This document shows positions 8,734-19,375 of a stretch of 64,000 nt of DNA, in pieces. The stretch's first letter is position 1. Each line of letters starts with the position of its first letter. The notes beneath the pieces are model-generated. The model saw only the letters and a program-made list of their open reading frames with translations. It searched no databases and was not told where the DNA came from. This DNA is from a plasmid, in sequence record NZ_CP118102.1; one strand, given 5' to 3'. The position numbers and the translations under genes are program-made.

Positions 8734-9573
8734 ATGAAATACGCGTTCAATACGGCATCGGCCCCGACGCTGACGCTGCCGGAGCTGCTGGAAGCGGCTC
8801 GTCGCTACGGCTACGGTGGTCTGGAAGTACGAGCCGGAGTCGGACATCGTCACGGCATCGAAATCGACGCCGGCACGGAAGCGCGCCAAAGCTTGAGACG
8901 GCTGGCGGAGAAGGCAAAAGTCGCCCTGACGGCGCTCGGCGTATCCAGCCGGTTCTCGGCGGCGGAGGAGGAGGGCGAGGCGCAGATAGACGCTGCCGAG
9001 AAAGCCATTGAGTTGGCGGCGGATATGGGGATTCCGTATGTTCGGCTGTTTTGCGGCCGGATTGCGGCGGGAGACAGCCGGGACAAAGCGCGGGAACGCA
9101 TCGTGGAGGCGCTGCGCCGACTCGCGCCAAGCGGGACGGAGCATGGAGTCGTTCTGCTGCTGGAGACGCACGACGACTGGTCTGCCCCTGGCGAGCTGGC
9201 AGAGGTGCTGCGGCGGGTTGGTCATCCAAGCGTTGCGGCTCTCTGGGACGTGCTTCATACGCAGCACGAAGGAGAGGCATCGCCCGCGGAAACCGTCGCC
9301 GCGCTGGGGCCGTGGATCCGCCACGTCCATGTGCACGACGGCGTCCGCAAACCGCCCGGGAGCACCGGGCATCCGCATTACCGCGCCATCGGCAGCGGCG
9401 ATGTCGATCATGCCGAGGTCATCCGGGCGCTGAACGGCATCGGCTATACGGGCTGGCTGAGCGGGGAGTGGTACGAATGGGAGCCGCGCGAGACGCATCT
9501 GCCGCGCGAGCTGGAGGCGCTGCGGCGGGCCGAGCAAGCGGCCGGGAAAGGAGCGTCCGAAGATGGCCTTTAA
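8734..9573 (+). CDS. Sugar phosphate isomerase/epimerase (xylose-isomerase-like TIM barrel)
   Basis: Likely true start at ATG 8734 (MKYAFNTASAP) with RBS AAGGAGGA at 8717-8724. The ORF-track start at 8554 adds an improbable Arg/Gly-rich leader. AP-endonuclease-2 / xylose-isomerase TIM-barrel pattern (LLLETHDD..., HVHVHDG). Confidence 0.8.
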   Translation: MKYAFNTASAPTLTLPELLEAARRYGYGGLEVRAGVGHRHGIEIDAGTEARQSLRRLAEKAKVALTALGVSSRFSAAEEEGEAQIDAAEKAIELAADMGIPYVRLFCGRIAAGDSRDKARERIVEALRRLAPSGTEHGVVLLLETHDDWSAPGELAEVLRRVGHPSVAALWDVLHTQHEGEASPAETVAALGPWIRHVHVHDGVRKPPGSTGHPHYRAIGSGDVDHAEVIRALNGIGYTGWLSGEWYEWEPRETHLPRELEALRRAEQAAGKGASEDGL

Positions 9574-10561
9574 AATATGCGTGATCGGATGCGGCGGCAT
9601 CGCCTGGAGAGGGCATGGTCCGGCGTACCGGCGTTACCGGGAGGAACGGCCGGATACGGAGCTGGCTGCCTGCGTGGACGCCGATCCGGACAGGGCGGCC
9701 AAATTCGCCGAGGAGTTCGGCTTTCGCCGGGCGTACACGAGGGTGGAGGAAGCGCTGGAGACGGAGCGTCCAGACGCCGTCTGCCTGCTCGTGCCCGCTC
9801 CGTACATCGCGGAGCTGGCCGCATCGATTCTAGGCCAAGGCTACCCGCTGCTGCTGGAGAAACCTCCCGGCACGACGCGGGAAGAAGCGCTGCGCATCGC
9901 AGCAGCCGCGATTCGGCCGAACGGCGGCGAGATTCCGACACGGGTGGCGTTCAACCGCCGATATATGCCGCTGATCGGGCAGGCGGTCGACGCGCTGAAG
10001 GAGTGGCGTGAAGCCGGACGGCTGCATCATATCGCTTACGACATCAGCCGGGTTGGCCGAACCGACGACGAGGACGCGTCCGTCACCGCGATTCACGGCA
10101 TCGACGCGCTAAGAACGCTGGCAGGTTCGGATTACCGCGACATTCGCCTGAGCTATCGCCCGCTCCCGCATCTGGGTTCGCGCGTGACGAATGTCTCGCT
10201 GGAAGGCGAGTTTCAGTCCGGGGCGACGTTCCGGCTGAATTATTTTCCGGCGGCGGGGGCGGTATACGAGAGGGCGGCGATCAACTGTGAAGACGCCACG
10301 CTGCTGCTTCGGCTTCCGTTCTGGACGTCGAACGATTCGCCCGGAGGCGTTCTGCTGCAAGGCAACCGCGAGCTGAAGCATTGGGCGTCGGAAGCCGAGC
10401 CGTTCGTAACCAACGGCTTCTACGAGGAGAATGCCGGCTTCTTCGACGCCGTCCGCGCGGGCATGCAGCCGACTGGAGGAATCCGCACGGCGATTCAGTC
10501 GGTAGAGGTGGCGGAGGCGGTGCTGCGGAGAGAGACGCGTTATGCGTCGGACAACAGATAA
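9563..10561 (+). CDS. Gfo/Idh/MocA family oxidoreductase
   Basis: N-terminal Rossmann motif MAFKICVIGCGGIAWRGH and EKP motif (LLLEKPPG). Confidence 0.85.
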   Translation: MAFKICVIGCGGIAWRGHGPAYRRYREERPDTELAACVDADPDRAAKFAEEFGFRRAYTRVEEALETERPDAVCLLVPAPYIAELAASILGQGYPLLLEKPPGTTREEALRIAAAAIRPNGGEIPTRVAFNRRYMPLIGQAVDALKEWREAGRLHHIAYDISRVGRTDDEDASVTAIHGIDALRTLAGSDYRDIRLSYRPLPHLGSRVTNVSLEGEFQSGATFRLNYFPAAGAVYERAAINCEDATLLLRLPFWTSNDSPGGVLLQGNRELKHWASEAEPFVTNGFYEENAGFFDAVRAGMQPTGGIRTAIQSVEVAEAVLRRETRYASDNR

Positions 10562-10572
10562 GGAGGACAACG

Positions 10573-12804
10573 ATGAACAGCAAATCAGCGAGCTACGACG
10601 TCGTGGTCGCCGGAGGCGGACTGGCCGGCTTCAGCGCGGCGGTGGCAGCGGCCCGGGAAGGCGCGCGCACCGCGCTCGTGCAGGATCGACCCGTGCTGGG
10701 CGGCAACAGCTCGTCGGAAATTCGCGTGACGCCGCACGGCGCCGGACGGTTTCATGCCTACGCCAGAGAGACGGGAATCATTACCGAGGTGACGTGCGAG
10801 GATCGGGCGAACAACCATGAGCAGTTTCACAACAACGGCTGGACGAACAGCGTGTGGGATATGACGTTGTACGATCTGGCGATGAGAACGCCGAACTTGA
10901 CGGTGTACCTGAACACCTCCGTGCAGCAGGTCGAAAAGGATGGAGACCGGCGCATCGCCGCCGTTACCGCGAGAGTCGCGGGGGCGGAGACGGAGCTGCG
11001 GCTGCAAGGCCGCGTCTTCATCGATTGCACCGGGGACGGCACGGTCGCGGCGCTGGCGGGCAACGAGTGGCGGATGGGCAGCGAGAGCCGCGACGAATTC
11101 GGCGAGCCCCACGCTCCGGAGCGCGCAAGCGGCGACACGATGGGCAGCTCGATCCATTTCCGCGCCCGCGATACGGGGCGGCCGGCTCCGTTTCGCGCCC
11201 CCGAATGGGCCGTCGCGTATGACGATCCCGCCTTTTTCTACGCGCACAATCGCAGACCGTACGACATTCGCGCCGGTTACTGGTGGTTCGAGCTGGGTTC
11301 GCCTTGGGATACGATACACGACGCGGAGACGATCCGCCATGAGCTGACGCGCCATGTGCTGGGCGTATGGGACTGGATCAAGAACAAGGACCCGCTGACC
11401 CGGGACAAGGCGGTGAATTACGCGCTCGACTGGATCGGCCAGGTGCCGGGCAAAAGGGAAAGTCGGCGCATAATGGGCCGTTATCTGCTGACCGAGCATG
11501 ACGTGCTGGAAGGCAGAAAGTTTGCCGACGAGGTCGCCTATGGCGGGTGGTATTTGGACCTGCACATCCCCGGAGGGCTGCTCGCGCCGACAAGCGAGCT
11601 GCCGGGAGCGGCCGAGCTGGTCAGCCCCTACGGCATTCCGCTGCGCATTCTGATCGCCAAGGATATCGACAACCTGCTGATGGCGGGGCGCAACGTCAGC
11701 GTCACGCACGCGGCGCTCGGCACCGTCCGCGTCATGTCGACGACTGCCATTATGGGCCAGGCGGCAGGAACCGCCGCTGCCGTCGCGCTTAGGCGCGGCA
11801 TTCCCGTCCCGGACGTGCCGGGGACGGACGCCATTGCGGAGGTGCAGCAGACGCTGCTGCGGGCCGGCTGTTTCCTGCCGGGCGCAGCGAACGTCGATCC
11901 GCTCGACCTCGCCCGGCAGGCGGAGGTGACGGCCAGCAGCGAGGCGGAGCTTGCCGAGACGGAGCCGGGAGACGAGGGAGAGGCGCTGGACATCCGTCGC
12001 AGCCAGTGGGTGGCCGTCGCGGCGGGCGAACTGGAGCATCTGGACGTCTGGGTGGCGAATCGCGGCGACCATCCGCTCTCGTTCGAAGCCGAATTGCATC
12101 GCACCGGGCATATTTGGGATTACGACGTGCGGCAGCAAAACCGGCTGGCCGCAGCCATACTGGAAGTTCCGCCGGCCTGCGAAGGCTGGATTCGATGGCT
12201 GCCGCGGCTGGACGCGCGAAGCGGCCTTCCGGAAGAAGGCTATGTCCGGCTCGATCTGCTGAACGGCCGCGGGCTGATCTGGCGCCGCGCCAATGCCGTG
12301 CACCCCGGGCTTCCGTCGGCCAGCGAACTGGAGCCCGGCCGCCTGCGCAGCCACGACGACGGACGGACGATGAGCTTCCGCGTCAGTCCGCCCCAGCCGA
12401 TCTATTCGGCCGCGCAGACGGTCAGCGGCGTCACCCGGCCGCATCGGACCGTCAACCTGTGGCGTTCGGCGCCAGGCCTGCCGCTTCCGCAGACGCTGGA
12501 GCTGCGATGGCGCGAGACGCGGGAGATCGGGACGGTCGAGCTGACTTTTCCGGGACATCTGCTTCAGGATCACAACCGTTATCCCGCCTACTATCGCGAA
12601 CCCGACTGTCCGCGCGACTACAGAATTGAGGCTTGGACCGCCGGGGGCTGGGAGAGCGTCCACGAGACGTTCGGCAATTATCAGCGCCGCGTGTCTCATC
12701 GACTCTCCCGACCGGTACGGACGGAGCGCATCCGCATCGTCTTCCTGGCATCCAACGGAGGCGCGGAAGCGGCGGTCTACGAGATTCGCTGCTACGGGAT
12801 ATAA
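10573..12804 (+). CDS. FAD-dependent oxidoreductase (743 aa) with C-terminal discoidin/F5-8-type-C-like domain
   Basis: Likely true start ATG 10573 (MNSKSASYDVVVAGGGLAGFSAAVAAAREGARTALV) with RBS AAGGAGGA. GxGxxG FAD-binding motif. C-terminal ...RIRIVFLASNGGAEAAVYEIRCYGI is typical of a galactose-binding-like domain. The ORF-track start at 10381 sits inside the upstream gene. Confidence 0.7.
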   Translation: MNSKSASYDVVVAGGGLAGFSAAVAAAREGARTALVQDRPVLGGNSSSEIRVTPHGAGRFHAYARETGIITEVTCEDRANNHEQFHNNGWTNSVWDMTLYDLAMRTPNLTVYLNTSVQQVEKDGDRRIAAVTARVAGAETELRLQGRVFIDCTGDGTVAALAGNEWRMGSESRDEFGEPHAPERASGDTMGSSIHFRARDTGRPAPFRAPEWAVAYDDPAFFYAHNRRPYDIRAGYWWFELGSPWDTIHDAETIRHELTRHVLGVWDWIKNKDPLTRDKAVNYALDWIGQVPGKRESRRIMGRYLLTEHDVLEGRKFADEVAYGGWYLDLHIPGGLLAPTSELPGAAELVSPYGIPLRILIAKDIDNLLMAGRNVSVTHAALGTVRVMSTTAIMGQAAGTAAAVALRRGIPVPDVPGTDAIAEVQQTLLRAGCFLPGAANVDPLDLARQAEVTASSEAELAETEPGDEGEALDIRRSQWVAVAAGELEHLDVWVANRGDHPLSFEAELHRTGHIWDYDVRQQNRLAAAILEVPPACEGWIRWLPRLDARSGLPEEGYVRLDLLNGRGLIWRRANAVHPGLPSASELEPGRLRSHDDGRTMSFRVSPPQPIYSAAQTVSGVTRPHRTVNLWRSAPGLPLPQTLELRWRETREIGTVELTFPGHLLQDHNRYPAYYREPDCPRDYRIEAWTAGGWESVHETFGNYQRRVSHRLSRPVRTERIRIVFLASNGGAEAAVYEIRCYGI

Positions 12805-12944
12805 CGGGATTGCCTTTTCATAACACAAGCTTGGCATTCTCCAATAACCTACTTTACACCTCGGAAAACACTGTATTATGATGAGGCCATGCGAGAGGCC
12901 GCGCACAACGCAAGTCGAATCCATATTCAAGGAGACAATGACCG

Positions 12945-13760
12945 ATGAACGCTAAAACAAAAACGTTATTCGCCGTATTGACGCTGGTTGCGGCACTGAT
13001 CGCCGCAGGCTGCTCGAACGATAAAGGAAACGGCTCCGCACAGTCGGCCGCCGCGCAAACTTCGCTGGATAAGCTGAAGCAGAAAGGCGAGTTCGTCATC
13101 GCGACGACCGGCACGTATCCGCCGTACGCCTTCCACGAGGAGACCGGCGACCGACCGCTGACCGGCTTCGATATCGAGCTGCTGACCGAGGTGTTCGCGC
13201 GCATCGACGGCGTGAAGCTGTCGTTCAAGGAAGCGGAATGGGACGGCATGCTTGCAGGCCTGGACGCGGGACGGTTCGACTCGATCCACCAGATCGGAGT
13301 CACGGAGGAGCGCAAGGAGAAATACGATTTCGCCGACCCGTACCTGATCTCGTACCCGACGCTGATCGTGCTGGACGAGACGAAGGATATCAACAGCTTC
13401 GAGGATTTGAAGGGCAAGAAAGTGTACGGCTCCAATACGAGCATTTACGGCAAGCTGGCCGAGTCCTACGGCGCGGTGCTCGTGCCGGAGGGCGAAAGCC
13501 TGGAGCTGCTGAAGAACAAACGGGTGGACGCGATCATTTTCAACAATCTGTACTTCCTGGAGCTGAAGAAAAACCGTCCCGACCTGAACCTGAGAGCGGC
13601 CGATCAGGCCGATACGCAGGAGTTGGTGGCGCTGCCTCTCGTGAAGGGCGGAGACGGTACGGCGATCGCGGCGTTTAACGAGGCGCTGAAGAGCGTGAAG
13701 GAAGACGGCATATACGAGAAGCTGTCGCTCAAATGGTTCGGCGAAAACTTGCTGAAGTAA
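12945..13760 (+). CDS. Polar amino acid ABC transporter substrate-binding lipoprotein
   Basis: Signal peptide with lipobox LIAAGCS. Family-3 solute-binding-protein pattern (GEFVIATTGTYPPYAF..., ...WDGMLAGLDAGRFD). Confidence 0.85.
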   Translation: MNAKTKTLFAVLTLVAALIAAGCSNDKGNGSAQSAAAQTSLDKLKQKGEFVIATTGTYPPYAFHEETGDRPLTGFDIELLTEVFARIDGVKLSFKEAEWDGMLAGLDAGRFDSIHQIGVTEERKEKYDFADPYLISYPTLIVLDETKDINSFEDLKGKKVYGSNTSIYGKLAESYGAVLVPEGESLELLKNKRVDAIIFNNLYFLELKKNRPDLNLRAADQADTQELVALPLVKGGDGTAIAAFNEALKSVKEDGIYEKLSLKWFGENLLK

Positions 13761-13782
13761 GGCGGATAAAGGAGGGCTCGGC

Positions 13783-14460
13783 ATGAGCCAGGAGCGCGCG
13801 GAAAGACTGTGGGACATAGCCCTCCACTCGTTGTGGCCGCTGCTGCAGGGGATGCTGAAATACACGATTCCTCTGTCGCTCGTCTCGTTCGCGCTGGCGC
13901 TGATCTTCGCTCTGCTGATCGCGCTGGCCGGCCTGTCTCCCAGGCCGTACCTGCGGTTGCCCTCGCGGTTCTACGTCTGGATCGTCCGGGGCACGCCCAT
14001 TCTCGTTCAACTGTTCATCATTTTCTATGGACTTCCGAATGTCGGCATCGTGCTTCCCGCGTTCCCGACGGTCGTCATCGCGCTGACGGTGGCGGAAGCG
14101 GCGTACTGCTCGGAAATCATGCGCTCGACGATCAAATCTCTGCCGCAGGGGCAGTGGAAGGCGGGATATTCCCTCGGAATGTCCCCTTTCCAGGTGCTCA
14201 GACGCGTCATCTTGCCGCAGGCGGCGCGGATCAGCATTCCGCCGCTCGGCAACCAGTTCATCGGCCTGTTCAAGACGTCGTCGCTGGCCGCTCTCGTCAC
14301 CCTGCCGGACCTGTTCGGCGTGGCCAAGCAGATCGCCGCCTCGACGTTCGAGCCAATGCTGCTCTATATTATCGCGGCCGGCTACTATTTGCTGATCTGC
14401 TCCGCGCTGACGGTCGGCCAGCACCGGCTGGAGAAGAAGTTCGGCAACTATTCGCTGTAG
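13783..14460 (+). CDS. Polar amino acid ABC transporter permease (HisM/GlnP-type)
   Basis: 225 aa with multiple TM segments and EAA-like loop [42 protein letters not shown]. Confidence 0.85.
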   Translation: MSQERAERLWDIALHSLWPLLQGMLKYTIPLSLVSFALALIFALLIALAGLSPRPYLRLPSRFYVWIVRGTPILVQLFIIFYGLPNVGIVLPAFPTVVIALTVAEAAYCSEIMRSTIKSLPQGQWKAGYSLGMSPFQVLRRVILPQAARISIPPLGNQFIGLFKTSSLAALVTLPDLFGVAKQIAASTFEPMLLYIIAAGYYLLICSALTVGQHRLEKKFGNYSL

Positions 14461-14480
14461 CGGGAAAGGAGGGGATCGCC

Positions 14481-15275
14481 ATGTTGAACGTTACGCAGCT
14501 TCGCAAAAGCTTCGGCCGCACCGAGGTGCTTCGAGGCATCGACCTGCGCGTGGCCAAGGGGGAGACGACGATTGTGATCGGTCCTTCAGGTTCAGGCAAG
14601 TCGACGCTGCTGAGTTGCCTGAACCTGCTGGAAATTCCCGATTCCGGGGAGCTTGAGCTGGACGGCCATCGGATGAAGTTCGGGGACGGCGGCAAAAAGC
14701 GGACTCGCGAGCTGATCGGCTATCGGCAGAAAACGGGCATGGTGTTCCAAAGCCATCAGTTGTTCCCGCACCGGACGGCGCTGGAGAACGTAATCGAAGG
14801 GCTGATCGTCGTCAAGCGCTGGAATCGCAGCGACGCGCGCCGACGGGGCGAGGAGCTGCTCGCCAAAGTCGGTCTGCGCGAATTCGCCGACCGCTACCCG
14901 GCACAGCTGTCCGGCGGGCAGCAGCAGCGGGTCGGCATCGCCCGGGCGCTTGCGATGGACCCGGCGGTGCTGCTGTTCGACGAGCCGACGTCAGCGCTCG
15001 ATCCGGAGCTGGTCGGCGAAGTGCTGCGGGTGATGAAGGAACTGGCGCGCGAAGGGATGACGCTGATCGTGGCGACGCATGAAATGAACTTCGCCCGGGA
15101 GGTGGCCGACCGCGTCATCTTCATGGAAAAGGGCTTGATCGCGGACGAAGGCACGGCGGCCCATATTTTCGGCGCGAGCCGTAACGAGCGGGTGCGTCAG
15201 TTTCTCAGCCGGTTCGACGCGGCGGCGGAATTGCCGTCCGTTCCGGTTCAGGTTCAGGTTCAGGCAACTTTATAA
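14481..15275 (+). CDS. Polar amino acid ABC transporter ATP-binding protein
   Basis: Start ATG 14481 after RBS AAGGAGGGGA. Walker [10 protein letters not shown], signature [15 protein letters not shown], Walker [13 protein letters not shown]. The 488-aa ORF 13809..15275 is a frame artefact fused across the permease. Confidence 0.9.
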   Translation: MLNVTQLRKSFGRTEVLRGIDLRVAKGETTIVIGPSGSGKSTLLSCLNLLEIPDSGELELDGHRMKFGDGGKKRTRELIGYRQKTGMVFQSHQLFPHRTALENVIEGLIVVKRWNRSDARRRGEELLAKVGLREFADRYPAQLSGGQQQRVGIARALAMDPAVLLFDEPTSALDPELVGEVLRVMKELAREGMTLIVATHEMNFAREVADRVIFMEKGLIADEGTAAHIFGASRNERVRQFLSRFDAAAELPSVPVQVQVQATL

Positions 15276-15299
15276 TAGAAGAAAGGCGGGTGGCAGCCG

Positions 15300-16652
15300 A
15301 TGACGGCAAACCGCAAACAATTGAAACTGGGCTTTATGGTGCACGGCGTCGGGTCGAGCGCGAGCGCATGGCGGCATCCGGCGGTCGAGTCGGACGCGAG
15401 CGTCGCGTTCGACTTTTACCGGCGGCAGGCGCAGATCGCGGAGGCCGGCAAGCTGGACCTCGTCTTTATCGCGGACGTGCTTTATATTAACGAGCGATCG
15501 ACGCCGCATTTCGTCAACCATCTGGAGCCGCTGACGCTTCTGGCCGCGCTGGGCGCCGTTACTTCGCGGATCGGCCTCGTCGGCACGCTGTCGACGACGT
15601 ACAGCGAACCCTACGCCGGAGCGCGCCAGCTCGCTTCGATCGACCGGATCAGCGGAGGACGGGCGGGCTGGAACGTCGTGACGACCGGCATGCGCGGAGC
15701 GGCGCTCAACTTCGGCAAAGCGGAGGACGCGCACCCGGATCACGATACGCGCTACCGGATCGCGGGCGAATATTTGGAGGCGGCGCGCGGACTGTGGGAT
15801 TCGTGGGAGGACGACGCGTTCGTAAGGGACAAGGAGAGCGGCGTCTTTTACGACCCGGACAAGCTGCATACGCTCGACTACCGGGGCGAGTTCTTCTCGG
15901 TTCGCGGTCCGCTGAACATCGCGCGCTCCAAGCAGGGGCATCCGGTCATCTTCCAGGCGGGCTCCTCGGAGGACGGTCAGAACTTCGCCGCCCGCCATGC
16001 CGACGCGGTCATGACCGGCATTACCGAGCCGGAGGAGGCGCGGCGTTATTATCGGGAGCTGAAGCGCAAAGCCGCTGCAGCGGGACGAAATCCGGACGAT
16101 CTGCTCGTTATGCCGAGCGCCGCCGTCGTCGTAGGCCGAACGAGGGAAGAGGCGGAGGAGAAGTACGAGGCGACCGCTTCGCTCCTGTCGATCGAGGAGG
16201 CGATGCGGTATTTCGCGCAGTTTTTCGACTTTCACGATTTTACGCAGTATCCGCTCGACGGTCCGTTTCCCGAGCTGGGCGACTTGGGGCGCAGCAGCTA
16301 TCAGAGCTTTACGGACAGGGTCAAGCGCGAGGCGCGGGACAAGGGGCTGACGCTGCGCCAGACGATTCGCAGGTTCGCCGCGCCGAAGCCGCGTTTTCTC
16401 GGTTCGGCAGCCGAAGTGGCGGACGGCTTGCAGGAATGGTTCGAGACGGGGTCGGCCGACGGATTTATATTGCACAGCGACGTGCCGGGCACGTTGTCCG
16501 ACTTCGCGGAGCTTGTCGTGCCGGTGCTGCAAGAGCGCGGTTTGTTCCGCCGCGAGTACGAGGCCGATACGCTGCGGGGCATGCTCGGCTTGCCCGTGCC
16601 GCGCAATCGCTATGAGGCCGCGCGGGCCGCACGCTTCAAGGACGGCGGGTGA
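15300..16652 (+). CDS. LLM-class flavin-dependent monooxygenase (NtaA/SnaA/DszA family)
   Basis: 450 aa. MTANRKQLKLGFMVHGVGSSASAWRHP... is a typical bacterial-luciferase-like N-terminus. Confidence 0.8.
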   Translation: MTANRKQLKLGFMVHGVGSSASAWRHPAVESDASVAFDFYRRQAQIAEAGKLDLVFIADVLYINERSTPHFVNHLEPLTLLAALGAVTSRIGLVGTLSTTYSEPYAGARQLASIDRISGGRAGWNVVTTGMRGAALNFGKAEDAHPDHDTRYRIAGEYLEAARGLWDSWEDDAFVRDKESGVFYDPDKLHTLDYRGEFFSVRGPLNIARSKQGHPVIFQAGSSEDGQNFAARHADAVMTGITEPEEARRYYRELKRKAAAAGRNPDDLLVMPSAAVVVGRTREEAEEKYEATASLLSIEEAMRYFAQFFDFHDFTQYPLDGPFPELGDLGRSSYQSFTDRVKREARDKGLTLRQTIRRFAAPKPRFLGSAAEVADGLQEWFETGSADGFILHSDVPGTLSDFAELVVPVLQERGLFRREYEADTLRGMLGLPVPRNRYEAARAARFKDGG

Positions 16653-17865
16653 ACAGCCAGAACAGCAGGGCGGCGGCGCTGACAGCCGCGCCGAGCAGAC
16701 AGACGCCGGTCCAGCCTGCGGCATGGTAGGTCATCGTGGAGGCGATCGAACCGGCCGCGCTGCCGAACGAGTAGAACATCATGTAGCCGGCGGTCAGCCT
16801 GCTCCGGGCTTCCGGCCGCACGGCCAAGATCAGGCTCTGGTTGGTCACATGCACCGCTTGCACGGCCGCGTCGAGCAGGACGATGCCGGCGAGCAGCGCG
16901 AACAGCGAATGCGGAGTCATTCCGATCGGCAGCCAGGAGCCGAGCAGCAGAAGCAGCGCCGCTCCGGTCGTTCGCTGTCCGAGGCCGCGATCGGCCCATC
17001 TGCCGGCGCGCGCGGCCGCCATCGCTCCGGCGGCTCCCGCCAGTCCGAATGCGCCGATCGCCGTATGCGACAGCGAGAACGGCGGAGCGCTGAGAGGCAG
17101 CGCCAGCGAAGTCCACAAAATGCTGAATGCGGCGAAAATCAGCATGGCAAGGACGGCGCGAACACGCAATATCCGCTCCTGCACGAACAGTGCAAGCATC
17201 GATCGAAGCAGTCCGAGGTAGGCGACGGATTCGCTCGCAGGCTCGCGAAGAGGCAGCGTCCGAAGCAGGGCGACGGCCATAACGGACGTCAGCGCCGCCG
17301 ATGCGAAGTACACGGCCCGCCAGCCGCCCATATCGGCCAATAAGCCCGCGAACGACCGGGCGAGTAAAATGCCGATGCCGATGCCGCTTGTCACCAAGCC
17401 TACGATGCGTCCCCTCTCGGCAGGGGAAGCCAAAGCGGCCGCGTATGCGACCAGCGTCTGCGTCACGACGGCGAGTCCTCCGACCGCAGCCATGCCGACG
17501 AGCAGCGTCGCGCTCGAAGATGAGAAGCCGACCGCCAGCAGCGCGGCGACGGACAGCAGCATCTGCGCCCCGATCAGCTTGCGGCGGTTGAGCAGATCGC
17601 CCAGCGGCACGAGCAGCAGCAGCCCGAGCGCATAGCAGATTTGCGTTACTGTAACGACGATGCCGATCGTGGAGCGGGCGATGCCGAATTCTCCCGCGAT
17701 CGAATCCAACAGCGGCTGAGCATAGTACACATTGGCGACTGCCAGCCCCGCGGCAGCGGCAAACAAATAGGCCGCACGCCGCGAAAGATAGGCCGGCTGC
17801 GCGGCTCCTGCTTCAAGATGACCGACTTCTGCCGTACTCCCCGAATGCGAAACGCTATTTTTCAT
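16636..17865 (-). CDS. MFS transporter
   Basis: 409 aa with about 12 predicted TM helices. Convergent 17-bp overlap with the monooxygenase gene. Divergent from the TetR gene. Confidence 0.8.
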   Translation of the reverse strand: MKNSVSHSGSTAEVGHLEAGAAQPAYLSRRAAYLFAAAAGLAVANVYYAQPLLDSIAGEFGIARSTIGIVVTVTQICYALGLLLLVPLGDLLNRRKLIGAQMLLSVAALLAVGFSSSSATLLVGMAAVGGLAVVTQTLVAYAAALASPAERGRIVGLVTSGIGIGILLARSFAGLLADMGGWRAVYFASAALTSVMAVALLRTLPLREPASESVAYLGLLRSMLALFVQERILRVRAVLAMLIFAAFSILWTSLALPLSAPPFSLSHTAIGAFGLAGAAGAMAAARAGRWADRGLGQRTTGAALLLLLGSWLPIGMTPHSLFALLAGIVLLDAAVQAVHVTNQSLILAVRPEARSRLTAGYMMFYSFGSAAGSIASTMTYHAAGWTGVCLLGAAVSAAALLFWLFTRRP

Positions 17866-17978
17866 ATCTCCATTCCTCCTGTTTCTTCTGCATTTCTATT
17901 CTGTACCGAACAGTAAATAATAGAGCGTCACAAATATAGCTTTAAAGAATCGAATCTGTCAACTCCTGCGGTAATCCT

Positions 17979-18007
17979 TTGACAATCAACTTTCCAAGGC
18001 GTATATT
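17979..18007 (+). promoter_or_regulatory. Sigma-A-type promoter for the TetR gene
   Basis: TTGACA (17979-17984), 17-nt spacer, TATATT (18002-18007); about 35 nt upstream of ATG 18043. Confidence 0.5.
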
Positions 18008-18042
18008 TTAATATACCGTTCGATACGAAATGAGGGAGAAGT

Positions 18043-18681
18043 ATGGCGCGTACGAGGGAGTTCGACGAGGAGCAGGCGCTCGATGCGGCGATGCGGCTGT
18101 TTTGGGAGAAGGGGTTCGAGGGGACGTCTTTAAGCGATCTGACGGCTGGCATGGGCATACAGCGCCCGAGCCTGTACGCGGCTTTCGGCGACAAGAAGGA
18201 GCTGTTCGAAGCCGCGCTCCGCAAGTATACGGGCGACCATGCCGCATACGTCCGCGCCTCTCTGCAAAATCGCCCTTCTATTATAGAAGCTTTCCGCAGC
18301 CTGTTTCGGAGCACGACGGCAACGGTGGACGAAGAGGGGGCGAGCCGGGGATGCTTCTGCATCAACTCGATGGTGGAGCTGGCGCCTCATGACGAGAAAT
18401 TCGCGGTTTTGACCAGGGAGCATCAGATGTATATCGCCGTTCTCTTCCAGGAAGCAATCGAGCGTGGGATTCGTTCCGGCGAGCTGGCCCCCGGCATTCA
18501 TGCCAAAGGTTTGGCCCAAGCGCTGGCCGTCTCGTGGATCGGACTGACGGTGCTGGCGAAGTCCCGTCCGCCCCGGTCGTTTCTCGATCAGTCGGTGGAG
18601 GAAACGGTCGCGCTGCTGCGGCGGGGCGAATCGGATCGTCCATCATTCGGAAATTGTGACGGGGCCGACATAAATTTATGA
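18043..18681 (+). CDS. TetR/AcrR-family transcriptional regulator
   Basis: N-terminal HTH EEQALDAAMRLFWEKGFEGTSLSDLTAGMGIQRPSLYAAFGDKKELF. Divergent from the MFS transporter (classic repressor/efflux pair). Confidence 0.85.
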   Translation: MARTREFDEEQALDAAMRLFWEKGFEGTSLSDLTAGMGIQRPSLYAAFGDKKELFEAALRKYTGDHAAYVRASLQNRPSIIEAFRSLFRSTTATVDEEGASRGCFCINSMVELAPHDEKFAVLTREHQMYIAVLFQEAIERGIRSGELAPGIHAKGLAQALAVSWIGLTVLAKSRPPRSFLDQSVEETVALLRRGESDRPSFGNCDGADINL

Positions 18682-18771
18682 CAAAATGATGGTGTCTCCG
18701 CGAAAGCCGCGAATGATCGCGCAAGTTATGTTAGCATAGGGGGAGGATAATCTGGAAGGAGCGGATAAGCC

Positions 18772-19191
18772 GTGCAGCGAGTTCAAAACAGTCGTCTGAG
18801 TCTTGAAATGCCCACCAAATCGTTTATCCATGTCTTATTCGATACGATAAAGATCGGAATTATCAAATCCAACTTGATCGCGATGTTCGCCGGCCTGTGC
18901 ATGGCTCTGTACGTAGAAGGAATCCCGTTCTTCGACAAGATCGGCACGATCGTCCTGGCCGGGATCGGATCTTTCCTCGTCATCGGTTCGGCGGGCGCGT
19001 TCAACAATTTGTACGACCGGGACATCGACGCCATTATGGACAGAACGAAGAAGCGGCCGACCGTGACCGGATACGTCGGCACGAGGAGCGGCCTGTTCAT
19101 CGCCATCTGGACCGCCGTATTCGGCCTGTTCGCCTTGTACGTTGCGTCTCCGTTGGCGGCGCTGTTCGGCTTTCTCGGCCTGTTCCTGTAG
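18772..19191 (+). pseudogene. ctaB: Protoheme IX farnesyltransferase (heme O synthase), N-terminal ~139 codons only, truncated at the GC-content break
   Basis: UbiA-family signature GSAGAFNNLYDRDIDAIMDRTKKRPTV. The ORF ends ...GFLGLFL then TAG at 19192, where a full-length CtaB would continue for roughly 160 more residues. GC content drops sharply just downstream. Confidence 0.6.
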
Positions 19192-19222
19192 GGGTACCGC
19201 CAACATTTTAACGATAATATAC

Positions 19223-19259
19223 GCTAAGCCTTCGGATGTACCTGGCTTAGCGTTTTTTC
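19223..19259 (+). terminator. Rho-independent terminator
   Basis: gctaagcc ttcggatgtacct ggcttagc followed by gttttttct. Confidence 0.5.
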
Positions 19260-19375
19260 TTACTCTAAGCCCAATAGTCCGGGCTACACCGCCCGGACTA
19301 CCGATCACTCACCTTCCTGTTGTTTCAGCGGTCGTAATGAGTTAGCGGACATCAAGTGTATGCTTTGAAAACACC

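Noticed and set aside
13809-15275. 488-aa ORF spanning the permease and ATPase
   Set aside because: It is out of frame with the permease, which has clear TM and EAA features. The ATPase has its own RBS and ATG at 14481.
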